A DNA stretch of 64,000 nt from assembly GCA_002189035.1 (NCBI GenBank), contig NEEC01000008.1:496001-560000 (forward strand). The letters run 5' to 3'. Every line of letters starts with the position of its first letter. Positions within the stretch are counted from its first letter, which is position 1. Positions 1-13,731 of the stretch are shown piece after piece. The notes below the pieces were generated by a model that was given only the letters and a program-made list of their open reading frames with translations, did not search any database and was not told the origin of the DNA. This DNA comes from Utricularia gibba (Eukaryota > Plantae > Magnoliophyta). A program made the position numbers and the translations under genes.

Positions 1-2540
1 AGGAGTAAAAGATGTAAACATGCACTAATCATTTCCATATTTTGAAGCATTCAAAACTATGTATTATTACATTATGTTACAACTACACTAGACTTATACT
101 CAAGTTCTAACTACGTTCAACAACTCAATTGGGCATTCAAGCATACATGAAAATTTCATCAATAAGAGTGCTTTCAAAGATTGAATAAAGGACCTTAACG
201 CACCTTGGCCTTCGAAAGGTTGCTGATTGTCATTTCTTCTTTTTTTTTTTTTTTTTTTTTTGTCTACATAGATTGAGATTGAGGAGTTGTCAGTTCTACC
301 CAAACAATTGTTATTTCTCTCCTTGTATGTAGAGTATGGGCCAAGCACTCCTCTCTTTATTTCTCCTAGGATTTCTGCTACTCCTCTGAGTTGTCCCAGT
401 ACCCCTCCTTCTTCTCGTTACTCTGTCATAGACACACTTGATGTATCAAGATGTATGGCTTCATCGGTTTTCTCTTGATGATGCTTTTCTTGGACTTTTT
501 TTTCTATGTCTATGACATCCTTTCATTACAACCAATTTCTAAGAAGAGAGAAGACATGCTAGTTCATAAAAAAAATTTAGAAAGCACAATTCCAATTACA
601 TTGCACATGCCGCTAACTCATGCAAATGGTAAGGTGAAAACTCATGCTCATTGATAGGTAAAAAGCTATAGCATAATTCCTGCATCATGTACATCATGGA
701 AAACATCACACATACACAAGGAAATTCCACAAACAACTAACAAAATTCTTCTAATCCTAATACCAAGTTACTAAATTATTCCTAACCTTGATTAATACCA
801 AGAAAATAAAATAATAATAATAATAATAAAACACACAAAATGTAGTAATTGTTACTTGATTAAGGAGGAGTCCTTCACTCCCTACTTACTTCTCGCAACA
901 AGTCCCCAAGCTTATAATAAACCATATCTATCCTTTCCTTACAGCAGCAATTTTTCTCATTTTTCGGTTTGTCTGGCCCCTAAGAGGTGCTTTCTTTTTC
1001 TTTGTGTTGATTTGCCTCATTGAAAAGGCCTTCAAGAGACCTAAAAAAAAAACCTCCTCCTCTAACTTGAATAAAGCTAGCAATTTTAGGAAAATATGCA
1101 TTTAAAGGAGATAATTTCATTTCTACATGAAAGAACTCTAACTCAGAAATTTTATCAAAGCACAACCTTTGAGGAAAAAAAGTGACAATATTACTGAACC
1201 CAAGATGGTTTATGGTATTCCTCCAATAATCCTTGTTCACCTTTTCTACTAAAATCGCTCCTAGATTCAAGATTTCTTGTACAACAAGCACCATATGATA
1301 AATAAATCACATTTATAAAGAGAATTAAATCGTAAGGTTCTACCAAAAAGCACAGCAGAAATAAGTAGGTGAACATATCGCATAGGAGGGTCTATGAATA
1401 AATCAGCTTTCGTCCCCTTAAATTTAAATTATGACATGTTGATCAGTTAAAATTCTATACAACTCCTCAGCATCAAATAATCAAGATAGTCAAATAGGGA
1501 AGTAGCAAATTCATGCAATTCAACATGGTGTTTTGAATAGAATCCTAAAGCTACATTCCACATTTAGTAATCGAAAGTGAAAAATTCTTTCCTAGCAGTT
1601 TAAACGTGATGGCTGATAGTGCAAGCATAGTCTCCAATTTCTCATGACAAAAAGTAAAGGCAAATTCATGCATCAACTTAACATAAGAAGGATGATTCAT
1701 ATCACACAAAGTAAAAAGTGAAAAATTCTCTAGAATTGAATGAACATCCATACCTATATCTAATTCCACTAATATTTCGAAATCTATAATTCAATAAGAC
1801 ATCACCTTTGCCCCTTTTACCTCATTGTACCTCGCTAAAAATTCTTTATCATCAAAGTGGAGGTATTTGAGGTTGAGCATCTGTGCATGTTGCTAGTCAT
1901 TTTCTATTGCGATTTCCCTTTCCTTTCTTCTTCGTGTCTACCTGATCTCAAAAATAATGTGACAATGTTAGGCAAATTTTTTCTCTTTTCATTTGTACAT
2001 GTTTCTCCTTGCTAGCACTTTTCTTTGATTCTTCTACTTCTGGTTCACGTTCTTTTTGCTTCATAGTTCTACTCCTTATCCTCTTTGCAACTAGATTTTT
2101 GTCACTCCCTTCCTACTCTACTACTATAGCAATATCTATGGCTGGCTCCTCCTCATCTGTCAGAACTTGTTCTGTCTCACCAACCTCTACTTCCATTCCC
2201 TCAGTTGCTCCTTTGTCATTTCCTGAGACTTTGTGTTATAGTCTCCATCATAAATCTCCACAGTTCTATTTGGAAAAACTTCTTTCATCATAAATGGACC
2301 AATTCAACAAGATTTGAGTTTATGTGGATACAACTTCAGTCTTGATTGAAATAGCAGCACTTTCTACACAATTTCAAAGGATCGCCTCGAGAAGTGCTTG
2401 TCGTGATAGTCCTTAGTCCTAGCTTTGAACAACATTGAGCTTTCGTAGGCATTATTCCTCAACACTTGCAATTCTAATAGTTGTAACATTCTTGGACATG
2501 CACTAAGACTTTCATCAAGGTTTAACCTCTTCACTGCCTA

Positions 2541-2922
2541 TCAGATCTTGTGCTCTAGTGCTACTGGTAACCTACAAGGTTTTCCGTATATTAACCTGGA
2601 AGGTGAGGTTTCAATTGATGTGCTCATAAGGCATATCTCAGTCTCATAGACTAGTCTTTTCAGTTCAGTCGACAACTTTCTCAAAGAGCTGTTTAATCTC
2701 TCTATTAGATACTTCCGTTTGGTCATTTGTTTGTGGATGGTATGCTATTGATGGCTTGTACCAAATTTTGAACTGCCTCAAGACACTCGCCAAGACCTGA
2801 TTATAAAAATGTGTAACTCTATCACTGATCAGTACCTTAGGAGTTCTGTAGCACACAAAAATATTGTTATGCAAGAAATTGATGAACGTATGCATCGTTT
2901 GTCCTTGTAGGGATAGCTTCAA
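2541..2922 (-). pseudogene. Gypsy integrase core remnant (frameshifted)
   Basis: ORFs give ...LISDRVTHFYNQ...IAYHPQTNDQTEVSNREIKQLFEKVV and LIYGKPCRLPVALEHK, typical Athila/Tat integrase motifs; YYIWDD at ~3300 is the upstream integrase region. Confidence 0.85.
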
Positions 2923-5234
2923 TTCACTTTTGATATGTAATCAACAGCTACAAAATGTAGTTGAAACCTGTAGAAGTGCGGAATGGTCTAATAAAATCAA
3001 TTCATCAAACATTAAATAATTCACATACTAGGATTCCTGTCTGAAGCATTTCATCTCTGTTGAATAAATTTCTCACTTATTGACATGGTTCACAACCTTT
3101 GAAATAAGTATAACAATCTTTAAAGATGTGACGCCAGTAAAATCCATAGTTCACAATTTTTCTGGCTATACGGTTTGGTCCACGATGACAACCGAAAGAT
3201 CCTATGTGAAAAAAATTAATAATCTTAGGAATTTCAAACTCATGAACACAACTTTGAACGATGTCATTATTGCATCTCTTCTACAACAAGAATCATCCCA
3301 AATATAATATTTGACATTACTCTTTAGTTTGTTTTTCGCATGGTAATCAATTCCTAGTGACATCACTCCTGCTAAGACAAAGATGACTAAGTCACCAAAC
3401 CACAATTCATGAATATAAGTCCTTGTTCATCCAAAAACATTTCAGAAATAGAATTTTCATTCTTTTTCCCTTCTATCCTACTAAGATGGTCAGTCACCAT
3501 ATTTTCTTTCCAGTTATGCCCTTAATTTCAACGTTGAACTCTTGTACAAGAAGAACCCATCTAATAAGTCTTGGTTTTGTGTCCTTCTCCATCAAGTGTT
3601 TCACAGCTAAATGGTCCGTATATAGTTTTGAAAGCAAATATCACATATAAAAATTTTCTTCAATCACATTGTAATTTCTTTGAACCTTATCTAAAGTTTC
3701 GGAAGCATAAGAAATGACTCATACTACTCTCCGTACATGACTCATACTACTCTCCGTACACTATAAAATCACCCATAAAAATTTTAATAAAATCCTCACC
3801 AAAGATAATTCAATTGTGTCCATATTTACCTTGATTATTGCATTTGAAGTACTCAAAAATGGTCTTCCAAGGATGATGTTTGTATCTTTTGAACTTCCAA
3901 CAGGCATACTTACCACATAGAATTCTACTTGAAACACCAATTATTCAATCTTCACCAAAACATCTTCAACTGATCCTTTGGAGAAAGGAATCAATCCGCA
4001 AGCTCAATCTGCACTCCTGAAACTTATAAAGGCCCTAACCTCAGAGTCTCATACATAGAAAATGGCATCAAGTTTATGGAGGCTCCTAGGTCAACCATTG
4101 CTCTCTTTATGTTCAAATCACCAATTTTGCAAAGAATAAAAAAATTTCTAGTGTCCTTGCGTTTTTCCGATAGCTTCCAAGTAAGAAGAGCTACTTCAGG
4201 TATTTCACGCTTTTGGGCACCAAGTCAATATATTCCAGAAGTGTCAAATTTAATTGATTATTACCTAAAACTCTCAAAAAATTTTCCTTCTCATTTTGTT
4301 CTTCTCTCACCTTCAACCTTCCTGAAAATGGTGATGAGGTTGCTTTCACAATGAGAGGCTCTGTAGCAACTCCACCTCATGTTCTTCAATATCTCCTTCC
4401 ACCACTCCTTCATACTCTTCTCCAACTCATGAATTACTCTCGGGTTGGACTAATTCTATTCCAGACTTTTATTTTCAATTTCTTAGTGTCATTGCACTGA
4501 TATTCTATACTCCCCTAGATTTGGATTCTGTTTGGCTTGCAAAGGTAGACTTCCTTTTTGCTTTAGTTCACCAACCTCTTTCACCAGCTGAGTTGTCTGA
4601 ATTTCCAATTTTTGATAGCTTGTTAGTTCTCAGCATGATTTTTGATAGATTGGGTCATGAAAGTCTTTCAAATATCTTCCAAAGAATTTCCGAAATTTCC
4701 TCCAGAATTATTCTTGTTTGGAGGCTGAAATTGTTTTTGCACTTGCTGGTTTGGATTTCGAAATGATGGAGCCTGATATAAACGTTACTACTACTCTTGA
4801 AAATTCTACTGGAACCTTTCCTGTCCAGAAGATGAACTCTCGCCCTTATAAAAATTATCATTGTTGCTTTATTTGAAATTTAGATGATCTCTCCATCTAG
4901 GATTGTAGGTGTTCAAATAGGGATTATATTTTTTTTCTTTGTGGCACTAGATTTAACATTGCTTTCGCATTTTCTTTCTCCAGATTGCCGAGACATTTAT
5001 CAGCAATGTGTCTCATTTTGTGATAGTTCCTGTAGGGCATATTCTTATATTGGAATAAAAATAATTACTTCATCCTCTCATACATAGCAACAACATTTTT
5101 CGTCAGCTCACTTTTTGATGTCTTTGGCTTCCTGATAATATGCTTGGAGTGCTCAACCAACTCAAGTAATGCAAGAGCCTTGGTAGGTGTCTGTTTTTTT
5201 AAAAACCCCCTTGCAACAAAATCAATCACAGTCA

Positions 5235-5620
5235 TATCTGTACATACAAGTCCATCATAGAAATATTTGAGTAAGGCATTGATCTGAAATCCATGATGTG
5301 GATAGGATCCTAGTAGGTGATTTAATCTCCCTCAATATTCATGTAGAGATTCTCCACTTGATTACTCAATATCATTAATTTCTCTTCTTATCCCTTCAGC
5401 ATTGGAAGTATGAAAATATTTGCTTAAAAATACATTCTTCATCCCTTAAGAGTCCATAATGCTCCCAGACTTCAGTGAATTGAACCACATTTTGGTACTC
5501 CCCTCCGCAATAAATTGGAATATTCTCAACTAGATGGCATTCTAAGTCATCCCAACAATGTTAAAGGAGATGCAAACCTTTATGACATTGTTCAAATGTT
5601 CGTGTAACTTTTCTCTAATC
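5235..5620 (-). pseudogene. Retrotransposon gag remnant
   Basis: Manual translation gives ...FLSKYFHTSNAEGIRREINDIE*SSGESLHEY*GRLNHLLGSYPHHGF...YFYDG, a Retrotrans_gag-like pattern with stops. Confidence 0.75.
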
Positions 5621-5844
5621 TTTCTATAATATTAGTGGAAAATTGATCATTTTTTGCTTCAATTCGTTGGTTGTATCATCTGAAACCTGATGCAGAATTT
5701 ACTTATGTAGCAGCAAGGAGTCTTTTCAACTTTACTGTTTTTCTTACTCTTTTGCGATTCCTCCTAGCAGCCCTTTTGATTTCTAGGTCGAAATCAGAAG
5801 CTACTGGACAAGAGGAACGCAAACACACAATAATTAAACATCGT

Positions 5845-5862
5845 TCCTTGGAAACAATGCCA
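5845..5862 (-). promoter_or_regulatory. Degenerate tRNA-Asp primer binding site
   Basis: Plus-strand TCCTTGGAAACAATGCCA vs tRNA-Asp 3' end TCCCCGGCAACGGCGCCA: 12/18 identity, mostly transitions; lies 3 bp from an LTR terminus (TGATA at 5866). Confidence 0.55.
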
Positions 5863-8800
5863 ATTTGATAAACGAAAAATTTTGTAAGTTGTTATAAATC
5901 TAATGTACACTCACGCATAACACAATTATAAGTATAGTGATTAGGGTCGAACACAAAAAGCCATGTGCTTATCATGTGAAGGTAGATACATGTTGTTTTA
6001 GTCACAATTGAAAATTAAGTCTAAGCTAAAACTAAGGCAGGTTTATGATAAAATACAGTACAAAAATAAATATATATATTAGGCTACTAACTAGAACAAG
6101 GTAATGCAATGCCTTGAACCTTCCAAAAGTGGCATAATCATTGCTACATTTAACTCATCCAACTCAATAGTCATGCACGTAGCAAATGAAGGATTCAAGT
6201 CTACCTAAACCTTTTTTTTCATTAATCTTTGGTCTACCTCTAATTAGGCTTGTTTATGATGAATATCACTAGTTGTCTCTTCTGTATCTATTTTGATTTG
6301 ATAAGAAATTAGTGTGATTACCGAGCTAATATAGTCTAATAAATAAGAATCATACATACTCCTTTTTAGCTAAAGTCATCACCTGAGTTTAGCCACTTAT
6401 ACTAAAGAAAAATAAAACACTTTCATAACATAACATGGGCATCATCTTCATTTTACATCTTGAAAATCGGGAAAGACACATAAATAGTTTTGGGAAAGGT
6501 AAATAATTTGCATAGGATGTTAAAACTACTCTCATCCAGAAGTAATTTTCCTCATAAACAAAGAAAATCTTCAAAAATCTATTGGTTCTTGGTTCATCTT
6601 CTTCATTTCTTCACGATTCTTCTACAATTTTCTTCCTATCCCCCCCTTCCTCTAGAAGTGTGTTGCATGTTGTTCAAAATATAGATCCCTCTCTCACCCT
6701 TCATTATGTCTAAAATATCTCTTTTTGATTTTATTGGGATTTGGTTCTTCTTTTTTTTCTCTTTTGTCCTCTTTTCATGTTACCTCCACTATACACTTTC
6801 GGCTCATTGGGATGGATATTGCTGGCATATGCTACATTGCTCAAAAAAATGATTAGAACTAAGATTCCTAATTAGGAGTCAAAGATGCAAATAATGCTGT
6901 TAATTACAAAAAAAGTAGAAATGCATAATAAAATATAAGTTTTGTAGTTGAATACTAAGTATTTCCATATCATGAAGCACTCAAAACTATGTGTTATCAG
7001 CTCGGCACCATGACAATGAATCAAGTCGAGCAAATGAATGTGGTAGTTCTTGGAGCTCGTCATCTTCCCACTATTGTGCTTGTGCAAATATACTTGTTTC
7101 AATTGTTCATATTTGTTTTTCTATATGCATCATTTTAATATCACTATAAATTCATTGGCCTTTTTTGTAAGATATAAGAAATTACATTTTCGAAGTATTT
7201 AAAGAAGCATTGAAAGTTCAATCAAATAATGAAACATTGGTCAAACAAGCACATAAATTGTTTGATAATTAGAATAGGTCTATCCATGTATAAACCTGTA
7301 GGCATTAGACTAACTCAACGGATGACAATACGTGTGTCACACAGTTTAAAAAACGTCACTTGTAGTTGCAAGGCATGGCAAAATTATGGAGTATCATGTT
7401 CACTACTCATCAAAGAAAATATTTCTCTTTATTGATATTATACATAATATTTATGAATATATTTCAATGATATTGGCTTGCAAGGTTTTGAATGTTGTAA
7501 TGTGCATTAATCCATTGCTTTTGGTTCAACAACTCATCACCGTATTTTATTCACAATTTCAGCCACTCTGAGCCAAGAGACATTGGGCATTGAGGTCATT
7601 CACTTCTTAAGCATGATCCAACACATAAGAAAGTTGTTAGTAGAAGGTGGTACCATAGTAAATGATTCCAAATATTGATGGATAGGTGTTTTGGACGAGG
7701 CACTTGAGGAAAAACAACAAGATATACCAATTAACCTGATGCTAAATAACCTCCACCTATACATAGGGGTTTTTTGTAAGAGGAGTGTGGATGAGGAACT
7801 TGAGCCCAAGCATGTCCATGAAGAATATCATGACAACGCAATTTGAATCACCCCCGCTTATGCCACTTGTAAGGACCTACCATTTCCTTTTATGACATTG
7901 TTCACTTTGAGCATTCAATCCTCACAATTTTCCGTTCCCTCCTTTCAAAAAAATGCCTCCTATAAGACTTGCATAGTCATTCTACTTGATTTCTTCCTCT
8001 CCGTCATCCGCTAAAAACCCATTAAATTTCACGGTTTAACATTTTTAATGCATCAAATGAAATTTATAAGTCTAGCCATTCTTTTATACAAATTATAGAA
8101 ATTAATATAGTGTAATAAGTAAAGATCGAATCTATAGGAAATGATTATAATTTCTCGAAATCCTTTATATTTACTAAAACATGGGATTTTGAGAATTTAA
8201 TTCCTACATACATAAGATATAAAATAACACTAAATAAAGTTAACGAGTTATAGAGTTGAAAGAGTATATAAAATGTATGGAATGCTTAGAAAACATAAAA
8301 GGGAAGTAACTTGATTAGAGTTTACATTAGGATTTGGCTCTTATGTTATTAAGAGATAACAAGAGGATGTTTCTGAATTCATAACGAGATACAGAAAGAG
8401 TAAAAAAATACATAAAAGCATAAAACGAGAGCAAAGTCTAGTTCAATTATAATAAATTGATGATTTGCTTGAACTTAGAATGAAGTTGAAAGATCTAGTC
8501 CGAGTGAATGTAGATTTGAGAAATGAGAAGAGGTCATTGAAAAACCCTTGTCCCCTTCTCAAAGGAAAAGTCACATGCATTTTTTTTCTTTTCTTTTTTT
8601 TAGGTCATTTATTACTTTTTAATTAAAAAGCCATTTTTTCACGTGATTTTCTGCCCTTTTAACTTTTTATTACGAAAAAATGCATTTTGAATATCAACTT
8701 TTACCTTGTTAAGATTTAAACACAAACCATGGGAAAACATAACAATTTCGAATCAATTGATAACAATTAAACTTATTTTCATAATAAACATATTTTATAG

Positions 8801-9115
8801 ATTAAATACATAAAAGTAAATAATTAAGCATGGAAACCAATTTTGAACCACACAAAATATTTATAAAAATACATATAAAAATACAATAAAAAGGTATTAT
8901 CATATTTACAAATTTGGCTATCTTGTCATTCTCTCTCAAATAATCACTTTTTCAAATAGTTCATATTCAATAGTCCATTTCCTTGTGACTCCATTTCCAA
9001 ATGTCTTCTTTCTCTAACATTGTATTGTCAAATAGACATGTTTGGTTGTACACACGTGACACACGTGAATGTATTTGGATGTGTTTGATAGGAAATAATT
9101 ATAGGGATTTGTTAC

Positions 9116-10305
9116 TGATAAGTGATTTTGTGTCACTTCTATTTGTGTTTTTTAGACTCACTTAGATGAGTTTTGCATTCTTTTCATCCCAATTTCTTTA
9201 TGTTTTTAGAAGAATTTTATATCTTTCATACCACTTTGATCTTTTTGGAAGGAAAATGTGTTTTACGATTTTTCAAGACGAATTTAGAATAATTTGGAGG
9301 ATTTTCGAGCTACTTTGATGGAGGCTAAGATTCGGTCTATCTTGATGAAGACTCAGTCAAAGATTCTCGGATAAGATAAGATTCGCATCTTATCTTGGAG
9401 AAATTGGATCTCATCCTAGAAGATTTGTATCAAATCTTCAAAGATTCGGATAGAAGATTTGATGCGAGCCCATCAAGAAAGCCCGTCAAATCCCCACCAT
9501 TATATAAAGATCCAAACGCGAAGACCTAAGAGAGTCAAGTGATAGACGACCAGAGAGTCAAATTAGGATTTAGAGTGGAGTCTAGCATGTTTTGGATGTC
9601 TTCCCTTTCGTTTTTCATCAACTTTTGTTGTTTAGAGTCAAGCATGCGCGTGTGAGCGCTTGCGGCTGAGGATCTGCTGTGAAGCTTTGCTTGCGCAAGT
9701 CTTGCGCGCGTGAGTGTCTTACTATGTTTTTCAGCATTTAATTTGAGGCATGATTCTGTTTGTCGCAATGTTTTCTTCACCAACGTGATCTTTAGTACCA
9801 TATAACCCTAAGAGAGTGTGGGAGAATCAAAGATTGGCCTCAAGCACCTAAGGAGAAGGCCTCAATCGGACATCGTTGGTAAGGCACATTCTGTCTAATC
9901 TGTCTGCGAGGTGTGAGGTGTAGGGGTTAGATTTGGGTGTGGGGAAAACATGGGTTATCACAAGAGGTGAAATGGCTTTGGTGGCGTGGTTGATTCCATA
10001 ATCCCACAAAACAAGGGACGGTGCTATAACGGTCACCGAGTAGCACTACTTTAGCATAACACCCCCAAAGCTTGTGTAAGCAGGTCAGTTCTCAAGATTT
10101 GCACACACGCAAGGGCGAGTTTCAAGTAAGGTGAATCTTAGATCCAAGATCACTTTTCTTATTGTCTTCAAAAACCAAATCTTTCTTTTGTTTCCAATCT
10201 TTTTAACTCTTTGTTTTGAAAAGAATATTCCAATACCAATTCCTTGTGGATACGATCTTATTTTATTACTTCGACGGTTTCTGTGCACTTGCAGAATTAC
10301 CATCA
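9116..10305 (+). mobile_element. Solo LTR (Ty3/gypsy type), 1190 bp
   Basis: Starts TGATA and ends CATCA; flanked by identical 5-bp GTTAC at 9111-9115 and 10306-10310; 3' end has the typical TCCTTGTGGATACGAT...GTGCACTTGCAG motif; no PBS or internal domain. Confidence 0.88.
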
Positions 10306-10658
10306 GTTACAATGATAAATTAAATGTTTTATTTATTTGAAAGGTAGATTTTATTAGGAATTTGAATTATCGTCACCACATAATTTGCCCCTTCTTGTCC
10401 TCTGTAAACCCAAATGGTTGGGCCTTGAGTCACCATCAATGTGGGCTGGAGCCCAATTAAGAAAATTCAGCGGACTCCAACACGGCGGATATCTTCTGTG
10501 AGGACGTACGTCGACCACTTGGAGCGCATCTGTTTCTTCCTGGAAACTGCGACCTGCGTTGCTGTCGTGTGTGATAGGAGGGCAGTTTGAATGTTCTTGC
10601 AGAGAGAGCGGGGTACTATTATTGCAGATTCAAAGAGTTTGAATCAATCGATTCATCT

Positions 10659-11105
10659 CTAGAAACACAAGAGAAAAAAAGAGGAAACATGGCATGTTTT
10701 TGGTGTAACACAACGAATATAATAACGCTCAATCCAGTTTTCATCTGACCCAATTCCTAGATTCATCCAACAACATATACAGATGCGAGACGAGGGTGAT
10801 GCTACATCAAGAGGGTGACTTGGAGGACGGACCGATAACTGAGCAGGAATCGGGCGCCCGGTGCCACTTCCGCCGCAGCTGCTGCACGCCATCCTTCCGG
10901 AGCCCGCACAAGTCCGGCAGCCAAAGTCGCCATCCGACCACCGAGAACAAATACAGGAGACGCGGCCGGTGCCGTTGCAGCTAGGGCAACGGGGAACCCT
11001 CCCGGAGCCCATCATCGGAATCTGATCCATCGCTTGCTTCACGATCACCGCCCCCGCCAGGACGCTCAAACCGGTGGCTACTTGGGTTAATACGATGGGA
11101 CTCAT
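10659..11105 (-). CDS. Small DnaJ-type (CxxCxGxG) zinc-finger protein, At5g43260-like, intronless; C-terminus extended by a probable 1-bp deletion
   Basis: MSPIVLTQVATGLSVLAGAVIVKQAMDQ...CPSCNGTGRVSCICSRWSDGDFGCRTCAGSGRMACSSCGGSGTGRPIPAQLSVRPP matches the ~100-aa plant family as I recall it. The family-like stop TGA (10807-10809) is out of frame by one base. Confidence 0.88.
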   Translation of the reverse strand: MSPIVLTQVATGLSVLAGAVIVKQAMDQIPMMGSGRVPRCPSCNGTGRVSCICSRWSDGDFGCRTCAGSGRMACSSCGGSGTGRPIPAQLSVRPPSHPLDVASPSSRICICCWMNLGIGSDENWIERYYIRCVTPKTCHVSSFFLLCF

Positions 11106-11619
11106 GGTCGGTCGGAGGAGAGAATTGGGAGCAGAAAACGGAGATTTTCTTCTCTTCTTTTTCCTTGAGATGATTCGACGATTGTGCTGATTTTTTTCTC
11201 CTTTTCTTGAATATAAGGGAGTGGTGGTAGAGGAGTACACGTTAACCGCCAGGGCTGTCACGTGGTGGTGGGCTGTCTGCGTATGGATTCCAGAATTTGA
11301 CCACGTCGGCGACGGGATCTCTTTCGTCCATCTTCCACCGTCCAATTGGTAACACATGTTTTTTTCTATTTATTTAATAAAAAATGTCGAGATATTCTCC
11401 TAAGGAGCAGGCCATGGGCTGATGTTCACTTTGGGCCTGGACTCTTCGTACGGCGTTCCTTTGACGATTTTTCGAGAGGGTAAAAGGAATCCGTTGGCGC
11501 GGAGGTGTAGGGGCGTTTAGTACTATCGCGATTCGTCTTCGCTTCCGCAAGCCCTAGCTCCAAATTGGACGGTCTCTCGTTCGTCGGATTTCGTTTCCTT
11601 GGATTTGGCAGCCCTCGCC
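11106..11619. promoter_or_regulatory. Probable bidirectional promoter between the DnaJ-ZnF and RanBP2-ZnF genes
   Basis: Divergent ATGs only 515 bp apart; G-box CACGTG at 11259-11264; site II-like TGGGCT (11415) and TGGGCC (11432). Confidence 0.55.
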
Positions 11620-13731
11620 ATGGCTCAGGTGATTTCTCTTTTGGGTTTTGTGTGATTTGCAGCACTGTTGTGATCTCCGGTTCAGTGCGGAGCATCATGA
11701 GTTGTCGTTTGTAAAACCAAATGGAATCTGGTGTTTTCTTGGAGGTTATTTGATTGAGGATAGTTCAGATCTTCGAACTGAATATTTTATTTTCCTTCTA
11801 TTTTTTTTATGCAGGTCGACAGTAGGAATTCTTCAGCTGCTAAACGAGCACGGACGGATGGTGCGATAGTCGTAACCTCAATCTTTGATGATTCGTATAT
11901 ATTTTCTTGTCTAGTAGTTCTAGTGTAAATGTTAAATAAGCGGATGTCTTTCAGTGCCCTTTTTTGCTTCTAAAATGTACTTAGTCTCGTGTATTTTGTT
12001 GGTTGTTAAAGGTGGCCGCAGGGAAGATGACTGGACCTGTCCGAGCTGTGGCAACGTAAATTTCTCTTTCAGGACAACCTGTAACATGCGCAATTGCACT
12101 CAGCCTAGACCTGCGGATCACATCTCGGTAAGAAGACTACAGGCTTGATATGTTACAATTAGTGTGTTCATGGCACTTTTTTTGTTTCTGGATGCCATAC
12201 CAATACGGTTGGTCTTTTCACTAAGCTATCCTTCTTTTCCTTTTGTAATCCTTACAGAAATCTGCATTGAAGCCAGTGCAAACACCTCAAGGTTATTCGG
12301 CTGCCTCTCCATTGATGGGCTCGGGTGGGCCGTCAATGTATATGGGAATGCCCCCATATGGTTCTCCTCTTTTCAATCCACCGTCCTTCCCTCCATATGA
12401 TATGCCGTTTTCTGGGGTTCGGCCTATAATTACAGCTATGGAAGCCGGCTTTCTATGGCCAGTCCATACCGACCATTGCATTTATCTGGCCCACTTCCAT
12501 ATTCAAGTGGATCGATGATGGCAAATGGTATGTGACTTTCAGGAATGTTTCACTCTATCCGTTCCATTAAAGATTGCATAGGTTCTCTTTTCTTTTGGAC
12601 TTATCTACTGAAATGCTCTATGTAGGTGGGATGTATGGCATGCCTCTTGTTGATCGATATGGACTTGGCTTCCCACTTAGTCCTTCCATTGTGAGTTTAA
12701 ATCTTTAGAACCGTTTTTATCCATCTCCTTCCATTTACTGTTCGTGTTATATCATATGATGACCAACCTCCTTCCATTTCCTCTCAATATTTTTAAAAAT
12801 GTATTTGGTTTGCACCCAGAGTAGTTACTTTTCACCTAATGCTGTCTTCCCAGGGTCCAAGGCCCGGATTCTTCCCCGAAGACAAATCTCCAAGGAGAGT
12901 TTCTGGTATTTTATATATGCTACTTAGGTGTATGATTCCTGACTTGTTCTTTTTCTTAATTTTGCTAGCCTGCTTTGCGACTGTTTTCCAGATGTAACCC
13001 GTGATGATGATTGGTCATGTCCCAAGTGTGGCAACATCAATTTTTCATTCAGAACTGTGTGCAACATGAGAAAGTGCAATACTCCAAAGCCTGGATCGCA
13101 GGTTTGACATACCCCATATTTTTGTTGGGTCCCCCCCCCCCTCCTACAGTGACGCAAAATCCCGTAATGAGTATTACAACCATAATTTTTACTCCAGTGC
13201 ATCACTGAATTCCACAACTTTCATGACCTTGTTGCTTTGTGTTTGAAATCATGCATCTGAAGTGTGGGTTCAATGTGAAATGCAGGGGGGCAAAGCCATC
13301 AAGAGTTCGAGTAGGTCCTTTTTCCTTTATTATTATTCCCTGGAATTAGACATGAATCTCACCGAATCCTTAATTTAGAACCAGACATGCCAGAGGGAAG
13401 CTGGAAGTGTGAGAAATGCAACAACATAAACTATCCTTTCAGAACGAAGTGTAACAGACAGAACTGTGGGGCTGATAAACCTTCAGAGGCAAAAGAATCA
13501 CAGCCAGAAGTATCTGAAGAAAATGAAAAGGTCTGCAATGCGAGATTTCTGCTTCATATGACATGTCTTTCCAAGCATGTTCTTTATTTTGGTCATCTGT
13601 TTAAGAAAACAAGTTCAAGAGTTATCCCAATTTCCTCTTTTCTTGCGCGCCCCCCCAATGATTTTCTTTTATTCACTGTTAATCCCTTTTTCTCCTTTTG
13701 TTTAATGACTTCCATTGCCCTCTTCCAGTGA
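11620..13731 (+). CDS. RanBP2-type zinc-finger RNA-binding protein (At1g67325-like), three fingers, 10 exons; one frameshift in exon 4
   Basis: Exons 11620-11628, 11815-11860, 12012-12127, 12258-12527, 12626-12690, 12854-12905, 12992-13101, 13286-13310, 13379-13530, 13729-13731, all GT-AG. MAQVDSRNSSAAKRARTDGGRREDDWTCPSCGNVNFSFRTTCNMRNC; second finger WSCPKCGNINFSFRTVCNMRKC; third WKCEKCNNINYPFRTKCNRQNC. One extra G at 12414-12417 restores FSGGSAYNYSYGSRLS...PYRPLHLSGP. Confidence 0.92.

Larger units (their letters stand above)
1..8600 (-). mobile_element. Nested, heavily degraded Athila-like Ty3/gypsy LTR-retrotransposon remnants (boundaries approximate)
   Basis: Minus-strand order is LTR (from ~5866), degenerate PBS (5845-5862), gag (~5235-5620), pol/integrase (~2540-3400) and an env-like fragment (1551-1769). 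Positions ~30-65 and ~6960-6995 share the motif ATTTCCATAT..GAAGCA.TCAAAACTATGT, implying a second element fragment at 6.8-8.6 kb. Confidence 0.75.

Noticed and set aside
3714-3759. Perfect 23-bp tandem duplication ATGACTCATACTACTCTCCGTAC
   Set aside because: A local duplication inside dead retrotransposon sequence; only two copies and no spacer, so not CRISPR-like.
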